The position numbers were made by a program, and so were the translations under genes. Shown one piece after another: positions 44,382 through 55,544 of a stretch of DNA of 64,000 bases. The notes beneath the pieces were generated by a model. The model was not told the DNA's origin and did no database searches. It was given only the letters and a program-made list of their open reading frames with translations. The stretch's first letter is position 1. Every line of letters begins with the position of its first letter. The stretch is from an uncultured Alphaproteobacteria bacterium (lineage in GTDB: Bacteria; Pseudomonadota; Alphaproteobacteria; HIMB59; GCA-002718135), in contig CACKNC010000001.1 in the NCBI GenBank assembly GCA_902601455.1, positions 32,240 to 96,239 on the forward strand. Direction: 5' to 3'.

Positions 44382-46817
44382 ATGAAAGCAAAAGCAAAAG
44401 TAGTCGTAGTAGGCGGAGGTGTTGTTGGTGTTAGCGCTCTATATCATCTAGCAAAAAAAGGATGGAGCGATGTCGTTTTAATTGAAAGAAAAGAACTTAC
44501 ATCAGGTTCTACATGGCATGCAGCAGGTCTTTTACCCCTGTTCAACATGAGTTATTCAGTCGGGCAACTTCATAAATACGCTGTTAATTTTTATAAAACT
44601 TTAGAAGAAGAGACAGGTCAAAATGTTGGCTTTAGTGTTGTTAGTAACATTCGACTAGCTACAACTCAAGACCGTATGGATGAGTATTATCAATATGCAG
44701 CTGTTGCTAAAACAATAGGAGTTAAAGTAAACTTCTTAACTCCAGATGAGGTAAAGGAAATTTGGCCTTTATGTAATACAGATGGATTAATTGGAGCAAT
44801 TCAACACCCAGAAGATGGGTACATACAGCCTGCTGATTTAACTCAAGCTTTGGCAAAAGGTGCTAGAGATAAAGGTGCAGAAATTTATAGAAACACAAAT
44901 GTAACGGATATTACTCAATTAGAAAATGAAATGTGGGTTGTTGAAACTGATAAAGGAAGCATTGAATGCGAGCATATCATTTCTTGTACTGGAAATTTTG
45001 CCAGACAAACTGGAAAAATGGTTGGTTTGGACATTCCAGTTATACCTGTTGAGCATCAATATATAGTAACTGAACCTCATTCTGAAATCCAGAAAAGAAA
45101 AGAGCAAGGTTTGCCTGAGATGGGAGTTCTGCGTGATTCAGATAGTTCATGGTACATGAGAGAGGAAAGAGGAGGGCTAATTCTTGGTCCTTATGAAAAA
45201 GGAGCACCAGCATGTTATGTCGATGGCCCAAGTCAAAACTCAGAGTTTGAATTATTTCAAGAAGATATTGAAAGAATTGAACCGCATATAGAATCTGCAA
45301 TTCATAGAGTGCCAGTGTTTGGTGAGGTGGGAGTTAAAAAGGTTTATAATGGTGCTATTTGCTATACGCCTGATGGAAGTCCAATAGTAGGTCCTGCTTG
45401 GGGGTTAAAAAATTTTTGGATAAATGAAGGTCATAGTTTTGGTATTACAGCTGCTGGTGGAGCCGGCTGGCAATTAGCCGAATGGATAGTTGATGGTGAA
45501 CCCACTATTGATATGCTTGGAGTTGATCCAAGACGTTTTGGAGATTATGCAACAAAATCTTTTCTTATTAAGAAGAACGAAGAAGCTTATGCAAATGTAT
45601 TCACAATTCATTATCCTGATGAGGAGAGAGAAGAAGGTAGACCTCTAAGACAAGCTCCTTGTTATGATCGTTTGAAAGATTTGGGAGCAGTATTTGGACA
45701 AAAATTTGGCTGGGAAAGAGCAAATTGGTTTGCTCCTGAAGGTGTTGATCAAAAAGATGACTGGTCTTTTAGAAGATCAAAATGGTTTGAACATGTTGGT
45801 AATGAATCTCTTAATGTTCAAAATAATGTTGGAATTTTAGATATGACTGCATTTGCAAAATGTAGAATATCAGGACCAGGTGCAAAAGATTTTCTTGATA
45901 ATTTAGTAGCTAATAAATTGCCACAAAAGAACGGAAGAGTAAATCTATGTCACGCTTTAAATACTAAAGGTGGTGTCCACTCTGAATTTACAATTGCTAA
46001 AGAATCAGATGACTCATATTATTTAGTTTCTGCGGGAGCATTTCAAAGACTTGATCATGATTGGATTAAAAAATGGATGCCAAATGATAGATCAGTTACT
46101 TTTGAAAACTTAACAAATAGTATTGGGGTACTTGTTGTTGCAGGACCAAAATCAAGAAATCTTCTTCAAAAAATATCTAATGCTGATTTTTCTAATGAAG
46201 CCTTTCCTTGGTTATCTGCTCAAAAAATTGATGTCGGTTTAGCTCCTTCAATAGCGATGAGAATGAATTTTGTTGGTGAGCTTGGTTGGGAACTTCATCA
46301 CCCAATTGAATACCAAAATCATATCTTTGATAAATTAATGGAAGCTGGTGAGGAATTTGGAGTAAAACCATTTGGAATAAGAGCTATGGACAGCCTTAGA
46401 ATAGAAAAGACTTATAAGCTTGTTGGTACTGAAATGTCTATCGAATATGCTGCATTTGAGTCAGGTCTTGAGAGGTTTGTGCACTTAAATAAAGGTAATT
46501 TTATTGGAAGAGATGCTCTAGTAAAATGGCAACAGGAGGGTTTTAATAATAAAATGGTTACTTTAGAGGTTTTTGATGTAACTGATGCCGATGCATTAGG
46601 TAACAATGCAATTTACAAAGATGGAGTAGTTGTTGGACGTGCGACAGGAGGTAACTACGGATTTAGGGTGAAAAAATCGCTCGCAATTGCTATGATAAAA
46701 CCTGAATTTAGTGAAATTGGAACAGAATTAGAAATGGATATTTTAGATAAGAAGCATAAAGTTGTTGTTATAGAAGATAGTCCTTATGATCCAATGAATG
46801 AAAAAATTAGAGCATAG
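44382..46817 (+). CDS. Dimethylglycine (or sarcosine) dehydrogenase-type flavoprotein with C-terminal GcvT folate domain
   Basis: 811 aa. N-terminal VVVVGGGVVG FAD fold, SGSTWHAAG (covalent-FAD His region), and a C-terminal aminomethyltransferase-like domain. ETF genes are immediately downstream. Confidence 0.8.
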   Translation: MKAKAKVVVVGGGVVGVSALYHLAKKGWSDVVLIERKELTSGSTWHAAGLLPLFNMSYSVGQLHKYAVNFYKTLEEETGQNVGFSVVSNIRLATTQDRMDEYYQYAAVAKTIGVKVNFLTPDEVKEIWPLCNTDGLIGAIQHPEDGYIQPADLTQALAKGARDKGAEIYRNTNVTDITQLENEMWVVETDKGSIECEHIISCTGNFARQTGKMVGLDIPVIPVEHQYIVTEPHSEIQKRKEQGLPEMGVLRDSDSSWYMREERGGLILGPYEKGAPACYVDGPSQNSEFELFQEDIERIEPHIESAIHRVPVFGEVGVKKVYNGAICYTPDGSPIVGPAWGLKNFWINEGHSFGITAAGGAGWQLAEWIVDGEPTIDMLGVDPRRFGDYATKSFLIKKNEEAYANVFTIHYPDEEREEGRPLRQAPCYDRLKDLGAVFGQKFGWERANWFAPEGVDQKDDWSFRRSKWFEHVGNESLNVQNNVGILDMTAFAKCRISGPGAKDFLDNLVANKLPQKNGRVNLCHALNTKGGVHSEFTIAKESDDSYYLVSAGAFQRLDHDWIKKWMPNDRSVTFENLTNSIGVLVVAGPKSRNLLQKISNADFSNEAFPWLSAQKIDVGLAPSIAMRMNFVGELGWELHHPIEYQNHIFDKLMEAGEEFGVKPFGIRAMDSLRIEKTYKLVGTEMSIEYAAFESGLERFVHLNKGNFIGRDALVKWQQEGFNNKMVTLEVFDVTDADALGNNAIYKDGVVVGRATGGNYGFRVKKSLAIAMIKPEFSEIGTELEMDILDKKHKVVVIEDSPYDPMNEKIRA

Positions 46818-46820
46818 TAA

Positions 46821-47570
46821 ATGAAAATCTTAGTTACTGTAAAAAGAGTTATTGATTACAACGTTCAAGTTAGAGTTAAATCGGACAATTCTGGCGTTGA
46901 AAAAGAAAATGTTAAAATGTCAATGAATCCTCCTGATGAAAACGCAGTTGAGGAAGCATTAAGAATAAAAGAAGCTGGAAAAGCTGATGAAATAATAATT
47001 TTATCAATTGGTGATGATAAATGTCAGGAGACAATTCGTACTGCACTCGCTATGGGAGCTGATAGAGGAATATTGGTAAAAGCTAATGATGAAATTGAAC
47101 CTCTTTCTGTCTCAAAAATAGTTGCAAAAATTGCAGAAACTGAAAATCCAGGCTTAATTTTAATGGGCAAACAGGCAATTGATGATGACTCAAATCAAAC
47201 TGCTCAAATGACAAGTGCTTTACTTGATTGGCCACAAGCAACATTTGCCTCTAAAATTGAAATGGAAGAAAACACTGCAATAGTAACTAGAGAAATTGAT
47301 GAAGGTCTGGAAAGAATAAAAGTTAACATGCCTTTTATAGCTTCATGTGACTTAAGATTAAATGAACCTAGATATGCTTCATTACCAAACATAATGAAAG
47401 CAAAGAAAAAACCAATTGATATAAAATCAACTGAAGAACTAGGGATTGATACAAAACCTAGAATAGAAAATTTAAAAATATCTGAGCCACCAACTAGACA
47501 AAAAGGTGTTATGGTTTCAGATGTTGCTGAACTAGTTCAAAAATTAAAATATGAGGCAAAAGTTATATGA
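46821..47570 (+). CDS. etfB: Electron transfer flavoprotein beta subunit
   Basis: MKILV.VKRV.DY.V.VRV, NP.DE.A.EEALR.KE and [15 protein letters not shown]. Confidence 0.9.
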   Translation: MKILVTVKRVIDYNVQVRVKSDNSGVEKENVKMSMNPPDENAVEEALRIKEAGKADEIIILSIGDDKCQETIRTALAMGADRGILVKANDEIEPLSVSKIVAKIAETENPGLILMGKQAIDDDSNQTAQMTSALLDWPQATFASKIEMEENTAIVTREIDEGLERIKVNMPFIASCDLRLNEPRYASLPNIMKAKKKPIDIKSTEELGIDTKPRIENLKISEPPTRQKGVMVSDVAELVQKLKYEAKVI

Positions 47571-48520
47571 GTATCTTAATATTAGCTGAGCATAACAACG
47601 AAGAAGTAAAATCATCAACTTTAAATACAATAGGTGCTGCCTCAAAAATAAGCAGCGATATTGAGGTGTTAGTTGTTGGGTCTAATACTGAGAGTGTTTG
47701 CAAAGAAATATCAAGTTATCAACATATAAAAAAAGTACTTTCATTAAATAATATGGATTATGAACATGCAATTGCGGAAAAAATTGAACCAGTTATTATG
47801 TCTATTGCAGATAATTACTCGCATATTTTTGCACCAGCAACAACATTTGGAAAAAATGTTATGCCAAGGGTTGCAGTTAAACTTGATGTTGCTCAGATAA
47901 GTGACGTTATAAGTGTTGAGAGTGAAGATACATTTATAAGGCCAATTTATGCAGGAAACGCACTTGCTACTGTCAAATCAAATGACTTAAAAAAAGTTAT
48001 TACCATTAGACCTACCTCATTTGATGTAGTAGCGAAAGAGGGAGGTTCAGGGATTGTCGAGGATTTACAGTTTGACTCAAATAAAAGTCAATCTGAGTTT
48101 GTTGATCGCGAAGAGTCAAAATCTGATAGACCAGAACTTAGTACAGCAAGGATTGTTGTTTCAGGTGGTAGAGGTTTGCAAAGTGCTGATAATTTCAAAC
48201 TAATAAATGATATAGCAGATAAGTTAAATGCAGCTATTGGAGCCTCAAGAGCAGCAGTTGATGCTGGTTATGTAAGCAATGATTATCAGGTAGGTCAAAC
48301 AGGAAAAGTTGTAGTTCCTGATTTATATATAGCTGTCGGTATATCTGGCGCTATTCAACACCTTGCAGGTATGAAAGAAAGTAAAATAATTGTTGCAATA
48401 AATAAAGATGAAGAAGCTCCGATATTTAATATTGCAGATTATGGCCTTAGTGCTGATTTATTTGAAGCACTCCCTCAGCTTTCTTCTGAATTAGACAAGT
48501 TAAATTCAATTGAAAAATAA
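47567..48520 (+). CDS. etfA: Electron transfer flavoprotein alpha subunit
   Basis: [24 protein letters not shown]...[22 protein letters not shown]. 4-nt overlap with etfB. Confidence 0.9.
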   Translation: MSILILAEHNNEEVKSSTLNTIGAASKISSDIEVLVVGSNTESVCKEISSYQHIKKVLSLNNMDYEHAIAEKIEPVIMSIADNYSHIFAPATTFGKNVMPRVAVKLDVAQISDVISVESEDTFIRPIYAGNALATVKSNDLKKVITIRPTSFDVVAKEGGSGIVEDLQFDSNKSQSEFVDREESKSDRPELSTARIVVSGGRGLQSADNFKLINDIADKLNAAIGASRAAVDAGYVSNDYQVGQTGKVVVPDLYIAVGISGAIQHLAGMKESKIIVAINKDEEAPIFNIADYGLSADLFEALPQLSSELDKLNSIEK

Positions 48521-48560
48521 TTATTATTTTTAAATAATTAAAAAAGCTTTATTATAAATT

Positions 48561-50189
48561 ATGGAAATTCAAAGAGACTCAATGGAATATGATGTTGTTA
48601 TTGTTGGAGCTGGTCCAGCAGGTTTAGCCACATCCATAAAATTAAAACAAATTAATGCAGATTTAAACATATGTATATTAGAAAAAGGATCAGAAGTGGG
48701 AGCTCATATCTTAAGTGGAAATGTTTTTGAAACAAGAGCTTTAGATGAACTTATTCCAGATTGGAAAGAAAAAAATGCACCAATTAAAACAAAAGTTAAA
48801 AAAGAAAAGTTTTTATTTTTAGGAAAAAAAAGTTCTTTAAGTTGGCCTACTTGGCTACTTCCAAGTGTGCAAAAAAATCATCACAATTATATTATTAGCC
48901 TAGCTAATCTCTGTAGATGGTTAGCCACCCAAGCAGAAGATTTAGGGGTAGAAATTTTTCCAGGATTTGCAGCTTCAAAAATATTATACAATGATGAAAA
49001 TGAAGTAATTGGTGTGCAAACTGGAGATATGGGTATTGATAAGTCTGGTGAGAATAAAGATAGTTTTGAACCTGGTTTAAATATTTTAGCTAAAGTGACA
49101 GTATTTTCTGAAGGTTGTAGAGGACACCTCGGTAAAGAAGTAATTAAAAAATTTAATCTTTCTAAAGGTAAATCACCCCAACAGTACGGAATAGGATTTA
49201 AAGAAGTTTGGGAAATTCCTGAAGAACAACATGATGAAGGATTAGTCATGCATACTGCTGGATGGCCCCTGGATAACTCTACGTATGGAGGAAGTTTCTG
49301 TTATCATGCAGAGAAAAATCAAATTTTCATTGGGTATGTAATTGGACTAGATTATCAAAACCCATATTTATCACCTTACGATGAATTTCAACGTTTTAAA
49401 ACACATTCTGCTATTTCAAAAATATTAAAAAATGGAAAAAGAATATCATATGGCGCAAGAGCTTTGATCGAAGGCGGTCTTCAGAGCTTACCAAAAATGT
49501 TTATGCCAGGTGCCTTAATAATTGGTTGTGATGCTGGAACACTTAATATGCCTAAAATTAAAGGTTCACATACCGCTATGAAAAGTGGAATGATTGCTGC
49601 AGAAACTATCAACGAACATATAACTAAAAACAAACCACTATCAGAATACGAAAATAAATTTCAAAATTCATGGGTTCATAGAGAACTTTACACAGCTCGC
49701 AATGTCAAGCCAAGTTTTCAATGGAGTTTAATTCCAGCGATAATATTTACTGGTATTGATCAAATTATATTTAGGGGCTATTTACCGTTTACTTTTAAAC
49801 ATTCTCATGCAGATCATGAGAGTTTAATGCCAGCAAAAAATGCAAAAAAAATTGATTATCCAAAATATGATGGAAAAATAACTTTTGATAAAACTAGTTC
49901 TGTTTATTTAACTGGAACGAATCATGAGGCAGATCAACCAATTCATTTAAAGCTAAAAGATCCTGATCTACCTATAAACTATACTTTAAATGAGTATGAT
50001 GAGCCTGCACAAAGATACTGCCCTGCAGGAGTTTATGAAATCGATAGAAGTGATCAGAATGATCCAAAATTTATTATTAATGCGCAAAACTGCATACACT
50101 GTAAGACATGTGATATTAAGGAACCATCACAAAATATAACTTGGGTAACTCCAGAGGGCGCGGGTGGACCAAATTACGCAAATATGTAA
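48561..50189 (+). CDS. Electron transfer flavoprotein-ubiquinone oxidoreductase
   Basis: DVVIVGAGPAGL, and a C-terminal 4Fe-4S region YCPAGVYE...CIHCKTCDIKEP...W..PEGGGGP.Y. 542 aa. Confidence 0.9.
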   Translation: MEIQRDSMEYDVVIVGAGPAGLATSIKLKQINADLNICILEKGSEVGAHILSGNVFETRALDELIPDWKEKNAPIKTKVKKEKFLFLGKKSSLSWPTWLLPSVQKNHHNYIISLANLCRWLATQAEDLGVEIFPGFAASKILYNDENEVIGVQTGDMGIDKSGENKDSFEPGLNILAKVTVFSEGCRGHLGKEVIKKFNLSKGKSPQQYGIGFKEVWEIPEEQHDEGLVMHTAGWPLDNSTYGGSFCYHAEKNQIFIGYVIGLDYQNPYLSPYDEFQRFKTHSAISKILKNGKRISYGARALIEGGLQSLPKMFMPGALIIGCDAGTLNMPKIKGSHTAMKSGMIAAETINEHITKNKPLSEYENKFQNSWVHRELYTARNVKPSFQWSLIPAIIFTGIDQIIFRGYLPFTFKHSHADHESLMPAKNAKKIDYPKYDGKITFDKTSSVYLTGTNHEADQPIHLKLKDPDLPINYTLNEYDEPAQRYCPAGVYEIDRSDQNDPKFIINAQNCIHCKTCDIKEPSQNITWVTPEGAGGPNYANM

Positions 50190-50196
50190 AAAAAAA

Positions 50197-50212
50197 GGAG
50201 CCCGGAGGCTCC
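50197..50212. terminator. GC-rich hairpin after the ETF-QO gene
   Basis: GGAGCC-CGGA-GGCTCC. It is preceded by A8 and followed only by TAATAT, so it looks like a better intrinsic terminator on the minus strand than on the plus strand. Confidence 0.35.
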
Positions 50213-50403
50213 TAATATGGATTTTAATATTAATTGGGAGGAAAAATATTAAATCTTTTATATCATATAATATTATTTTGCTGCATTTCTAGTATGTTGG
50301 ATAGATATTTAGTATGCAAATTATGCATATTAAAAAAAACTATATTAATTTTAGTATTTTTTATAATTAATAAATAATAAAAATATATATTAACCCTAAT
50401 ATA

Positions 50404-51249
50404 ATGATTGAAAAACCTAATAGTAAAGTTGCTTTTACTTTTGCCTCCGCTGAAGTAAATGTTTTAAGTCAACAATTTATTAAAATTACTGAGTTATTGA
50501 CAGGTAAAATAAAATTAAAGAAATTATATGACGAATATTTGCAGGAAAATAATCCACCAGAAAATTTTTGGCATGATGCGGTTAAAAAATTAAAATTTAA
50601 TTTACAAACTTTTTATAAAGAAGGGAGTTTTATACCTAAAAAAGGCAGGTTAATTATTGTTGCTAATCACGCTTTTGGAGTTGCCGATGGAGTATCTTTG
50701 TGCTCTGTTATTTCCAGTGTTAGGCAGGATTATAAGATGATAACACACAAAGTTTTAAGACAAGCTGATGCAGTAAAAGAAAAAATTATTCCAATTGATT
50801 TTACTCCAAATAAATCAGCCATGCTGGCAAATATCGAAGCAAGAAAAGAAGCAGAAAAAGTACTTCAAAATGATGGAGTAATAGTAATTTTTCCTTCAGG
50901 ACAAATAGCAACTAAGGAAGATCTTAAGGCAAACACAAAAGCACATGACGGTGACTGGAAACAGTTTGTCTCAAAACTAGTTATAAAAACTAAAAGCCCT
51001 GTGCTCCCATCTTATTTTGAAGGTCAAAACAGTCAACTATACCATCTCGCCAACAAGATTGGTCAAACGTTTAGATATTCATTACTCATGCATGAATTAA
51101 CAAGGAAAATAGGAGATACAATCAATCTTCATTTTGGAGAAGTTATTCCCTTCTCAGATTTTGAAAAAATAGGTAATTTAATTGAAATCACTAAGCATAT
51201 AAGATGTAAAACTTATTCTTTAGATCCTGAACCTGTGTATAATGATTAA
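50404..51249 (+). CDS. PlsC-like lysophospholipid/glycerolipid acyltransferase family protein
   Basis: IVANHAFGVADG (His-Asp acyltransferase box) and VIFPSGQIA (FPxG box). 281 aa. Confidence 0.55.
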   Translation: MIEKPNSKVAFTFASAEVNVLSQQFIKITELLTGKIKLKKLYDEYLQENNPPENFWHDAVKKLKFNLQTFYKEGSFIPKKGRLIIVANHAFGVADGVSLCSVISSVRQDYKMITHKVLRQADAVKEKIIPIDFTPNKSAMLANIEARKEAEKVLQNDGVIVIFPSGQIATKEDLKANTKAHDGDWKQFVSKLVIKTKSPVLPSYFEGQNSQLYHLANKIGQTFRYSLLMHELTRKIGDTINLHFGEVIPFSDFEKIGNLIEITKHIRCKTYSLDPEPVYND

Positions 51250-51290
51250 TAATTCTTTGACATGTTTATATAAGTAAATAAATTGTAATT

Positions 51291-51986
51291 ATGACAGGTT
51301 TTGTTGGTTCAAGAGCAAGAAGAAGACGTAGAAATATTTTCTTAAGTATAGGGTTTATTATATTATTCTCCATTATTTTTTTAATTTTCCCAACACTAGA
51401 TAATCAGAAAAGTGAAATTATTCCAAATGATAAGATTGTTCCAGATCCTATTCAAGATTTGACTAGCCTAGCTAGTAATATTGAAGAACTTGAGTTAAGT
51501 TTATTTCAAAAAGATCAAAAAATCAAATTTAGAGACAGTCAAATTAAAAATCTTCAAACTGAGTTGAAAGAAACAAAATCAAAGTATGAAAAAGTAATCT
51601 TTGAGCTTAATGAAATTAAAAATGATTTAAGTGTATTGTCATTAAATAATGAAAATCTTATTCAACCAGATAAACTAAAATCTCTACAGGATAAGTTTTC
51701 TAAATTGAATATAGAAAATGATAAGAACCTATCTCAGATTACAATTTTAAACAAAGAGATCGATAAATTAAATATTATTATTCAGTCAACTGATGACAAA
51801 ACAGAAGATATAATAAATGAAAATCAAAAACTAAAAAAAGATAACAAAAGTTTTTTTTCAAAAAATATTAAATTAGATAGTACTATTGTGGAACTAAAAG
51901 AAAAAATAATAGATCAACAGAATCTAATAGATATTTATCTTGAGGAAATAAATAAATTAAAGGATAAATCCCATCATGGAGGATAG
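51291..51986 (+). CDS. Membrane-anchored coiled-coil protein, unknown function
   Basis: N-terminal Arg-rich stretch plus one TM segment (IFLSIGFIILFSIIFLIF), then ~170 aa of heptad-like K/E/L/N-rich sequence. Confidence 0.4.
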   Translation: MTGFVGSRARRRRRNIFLSIGFIILFSIIFLIFPTLDNQKSEIIPNDKIVPDPIQDLTSLASNIEELELSLFQKDQKIKFRDSQIKNLQTELKETKSKYEKVIFELNEIKNDLSVLSLNNENLIQPDKLKSLQDKFSKLNIENDKNLSQITILNKEIDKLNIIIQSTDDKTEDIINENQKLKKDNKSFFSKNIKLDSTIVELKEKIIDQQNLIDIYLEEINKLKDKSHHGG

Positions 51987-51988
51987 TT

Positions 51989-52567
51989 TTAATCAATAAA
52001 CTGATTACAACCATCTAATAATAAATCTCTCAAATAGGTTGTATGAGATCTATTTACATGAATATCAAAACTTTGAATGTCTTTATCATGATGGTTACGA
52101 ATTATAAGTATAGGTATTTTGACAAAAATTGTTTGTGCAACTCTTAAATTACTATTTAGAGCATTATCAATGTCAATAACCATAAATTTTTTAAGCAATT
52201 CTGAAGTATTGTAACCTTCTATTCTAATAATAGTTTTATTTTCAGAAATATCTGTAACACTTGTTTTTTCAGGATTTAGCTTAATATTTAATTCTTCAAA
52301 GATTTTTAAAAAATGATCATTATTTAAAAAGCTTACAAGCCATTCATTTGGGCTTAACCATATTACTTGAAAATCTGTATTTTGAATTTTTGAATTCGGC
52401 TCTGTTGGAATTACAATGTCTAGGATGGAGCCAGTATTACTCATAAACTCCCTATCTTTTGAATTACCACGAAGATTAATTTTTCCTACAAATGGTAACT
52501 CTTTTATAGTGATGCCATTTTTTTTAATTGTTGAAACTTCTAGTACTTTGTTTCTCTTTAGATTCAT
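51989..52567 (-). CDS. soxG: Sarcosine oxidase gamma subunit
   Basis: 192 aa, immediately downstream of soxA with a 4-nt overlap. Position and size match soxG; the sequence itself is weakly diagnostic. Confidence 0.65.
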   Translation of the reverse strand: MNLKRNKVLEVSTIKKNGITIKELPFVGKINLRGNSKDREFMSNTGSILDIVIPTEPNSKIQNTDFQVIWLSPNEWLVSFLNNDHFLKIFEELNIKLNPEKTSVTDISENKTIIRIEGYNTSELLKKFMVIDIDNALNSNLRVAQTIFVKIPILIIRNHHDKDIQSFDIHVNRSHTTYLRDLLLDGCNQFID

Positions 52568-55539
52568 GCCAACAATCTTTCATTTTCGGGATCTATAAAT
52601 ACTGGACTTGTAATTTCAACTTCAATACTTTTGTTTAATGTTGGAACAATGAGCTTTGTGCCTTTTTTCTTTGTCCCACTTTTAACTAAACCAAGAGCTA
52701 TTGAACGACCTAAATTTGGTGAGTAGTAACTTGATGTGATGTGACCTACCATAGGCATAGGTAAAGAAGTTTCAACCTCAACTAGTTGAGATCCTTCCTC
52801 TAATACTATCGATGGGTCTGTTGTAAGTATGCCGACTAGTTGTTTTCTATCTTCTTTAATAGTATCACTTCTATTTAGTGCTCTTTTACCTATAAAATCA
52901 TATTTCTTTTTACTTACTATCCAACGCATATCTAAGTCAATTGGAGTTACTGAACCATCTGTTTCTTGACCAACAATTATGTAACCTTTTTCCGCCCTTA
53001 AAACATGCATTGCTTCTGTGCCATAAGGAGTAATATTATATTTTTCTCCTAAGCTCATACACATGTCCCATAAACTAAGAGCATAACTTGCTGGTATATT
53101 AATTTCGTAACAAATTTCTCCAGTAAAGCTAATCCGCATTACTCTGCATAAAATCCCATCTATTTTGAGTTCCCTGAAACTCATGTGAGGAAAGTTTTCA
53201 CTTGAAAAATTTTGAGTGGGAAAAAGTGACTCAACTATTCTTCTGCTATTTGGACCATTTAAACTTATTGTTCCAAATTGTTCAGTCACTGATGTGAGGT
53301 AAACTTCTAGTTCAGGCCATTCTGTTTGTAACCAATCTTCAAGTTTACTCATTACACTTGCCGCATTTCCAGTTGTTGTTGTCATCAGATAATGATGCTC
53401 ACCTAAACGAGTTGTTACTCCATCATCAATAACCATACCATCATCGCCCAACATCACACCATAACGACATTTGCCAATAGCTAACTTAGACCATGCATTT
53501 GTATAAACACGATTTAAAAATTCACTAACATCTCTTCCTTTCAAATCAATTTTTCCTAACGTCGATGCATCTAAAATACCAAGACTATCTCTTGTTGCTT
53601 TAACTTCACGATTGACTGCCGCATCCATTGTTTCATTGTTAATTGGGTAATACCAAGGTCTTTTCCATTGCCCAACATCTTCAAACAGAGCGTTATTATT
53701 TGTGTGCCATGAATGTATAGGTGTTGTTCTCTCAATATCAAAAAATTCTTTTACATATCTTCCTGCCATTGCCCCAAAGGTTACAGGTGTGTAAGGTAAT
53801 CTAAAAGTTGTAGTACCTAGAGTTGAAATATCTTGTCCAGAAAGTTCACTAATTATGCCTAGCGCATTAACATTACTAGTCTTACCTTGATCAGTTGCCA
53901 TACCATTGGTAGTGTATCTTTTTACATGTTCTATTGATTGGAATCCTTCAGATAAGGCAATTTTTATATCTTTAGCTGTTACATCATTCTGAAAATCAAC
54001 AAACATTTTGGATTTGCTAATACTGTCTTTATCAACTAACCAAGCATTTTCCTGATTACCATTTTTAGTTAATTCGGACTCAAATATTTCTCCATCAAAA
54101 CCACTTTTTTCATGTGTGTTTAGAAAATTGTTAACTGAATTATAAGTTTCACTTAAAATACTATTTAAATCAAAAACCCCATTACAAGAACCAATAGAGA
54201 GTGTATCCTGAAAAGGTTGATTAGGTATGAAACATGAGTCTTCTTCTCTAAACTTTAATTTTCCTCTAGATTGAGTAAACAAATGAACAGTAGGTGACCA
54301 CCCACCTGACATACATAATAAATCACAATTTAAAATTTCAATATTCTCTTGGTTAATTTTTTTGATATGAACAGTTTGTATTTTTTTTCTACCTGTAGTG
54401 TTTGATATTATTGATCCAGTGTGTATTTTGATACCTAAATTTTTAACTTTTGTAGGTAGATCTCCCTCTAAATTTTTTCTTACATCAACTATGGCAGCGA
54501 CATTTATATTCTGATTATGAAAATCTATTGCCGTTTGATATGCGCTATCATTGTTTGTAAAGATAACTATGTTTTTTCCTAAATTAACACCGTAACCATT
54601 TAAGTATTTGCTCACACTGTTAGCTAACATAATACCTGGTCTATCATTGTTATTAAAAGTAAGTGGTCTCTCAATCGATCCAGTAGCCAAAATTACCTTT
54701 TTTGCTCTGATTTTCCAAACAATCTGTCTGATTGAATTTTCTTTATCTTTACCCTTATTTGGCTGAAGGTCTTGAATTGCTAACAAATAATTGTAGTGCA
54801 TATATGCAAAAAGTGTTGTGTCTGTTATAATTTTTATATTTTCAAATTCATTTAATTCTTCTAAAATTTTGTTCTTCCAGTCAGTTTGGCTTTTCCCACT
54901 AATTTTATTGTTATGATTATTTGATGATAAAATCGATCCACCAATTACATTGTCCTGCTCAACTAGTAATACTTTTTGATTTTTTGATGCTGCTATTTTG
55001 GCAGCATATAAACCGCTTACACCACTTCCAACAATCAAGGTATCACAATGATAATGGTAGTGTTCATATTTATGTGGATCATCTTTTTTTGGAGAATTAC
55101 CTAATCCAGCGGCATGACGAATAACGTGTTCATACGTTTTCCAAAATTTTGGAGGCCACATAAATGTTTTATAATAAAAACCAGCTGGAAAAAATGGAGC
55201 AAGTAAATCATTAATTGCACCAAAGTCATACTTCACACTTGGCCATCTGTTTTGTGATTTTGCTATTAATCCGTCATATAAAATAACTTCTGTTGCCCTT
55301 CTATTAGGCTCAGTAAATTCATTAATTTCTAATTGCACAATACCATTTGGTTCTTCACATCCTGCAGAAATAATTCCTCTTGGCCTATGGTATTTAAAAC
55401 TTCTTCCAACAAGATGTACACCATTTGAGAGCAGTGCTGATGCTAGAGTATCTCCTTCGTAGCCATAATATTTTATTCCATCAAAGAAAAAACTTATTTT
55501 TTTAGTTTGATCAATATTTTTGTTATTCTGTAAACGCAT
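52564..55539 (-). CDS. soxA: Sarcosine oxidase alpha subunit
   Basis: 991 aa. N-terminal 2Fe-2S-like/NAD region, TLIVGSGVSGL, and a C-terminal GcvT-like folate domain (ISLNGP..., GYIIVGQETDG). Confidence 0.9.
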   Translation of the reverse strand: MRLQNNKNIDQTKKISFFFDGIKYYGYEGDTLASALLSNGVHLVGRSFKYHRPRGIISAGCEEPNGIVQLEINEFTEPNRRATEVILYDGLIAKSQNRWPSVKYDFGAINDLLAPFFPAGFYYKTFMWPPKFWKTYEHVIRHAAGLGNSPKKDDPHKYEHYHYHCDTLIVGSGVSGLYAAKIAASKNQKVLLVEQDNVIGGSILSSNNHNNKISGKSQTDWKNKILEELNEFENIKIITDTTLFAYMHYNYLLAIQDLQPNKGKDKENSIRQIVWKIRAKKVILATGSIERPLTFNNNDRPGIMLANSVSKYLNGYGVNLGKNIVIFTNNDSAYQTAIDFHNQNINVAAIVDVRKNLEGDLPTKVKNLGIKIHTGSIISNTTGRKKIQTVHIKKINQENIEILNCDLLCMSGGWSPTVHLFTQSRGKLKFREEDSCFIPNQPFQDTLSIGSCNGVFDLNSILSETYNSVNNFLNTHEKSGFDGEIFESELTKNGNQENAWLVDKDSISKSKMFVDFQNDVTAKDIKIALSEGFQSIEHVKRYTTNGMATDQGKTSNVNALGIISELSGQDISTLGTTTFRLPYTPVTFGAMAGRYVKEFFDIERTTPIHSWHTNNNALFEDVGQWKRPWYYPINNETMDAAVNREVKATRDSLGILDASTLGKIDLKGRDVSEFLNRVYTNAWSKLAIGKCRYGVMLGDDGMVIDDGVTTRLGEHHYLMTTTTGNAASVMSKLEDWLQTEWPELEVYLTSVTEQFGTISLNGPNSRRIVESLFPTQNFSSENFPHMSFRELKIDGILCRVMRISFTGEICYEINIPASYALSLWDMCMSLGEKYNITPYGTEAMHVLRAEKGYIIVGQETDGSVTPIDLDMRWIVSKKKYDFIGKRALNRSDTIKEDRKQLVGILTTDPSIVLEEGSQLVEVETSLPMPMVGHITSSYYSPNLGRSIALGLVKSGTKKKGTKLIVPTLNKSIEVEITSPVFIDPENERLLA

Positions 55540-55544
55540 ATCTT

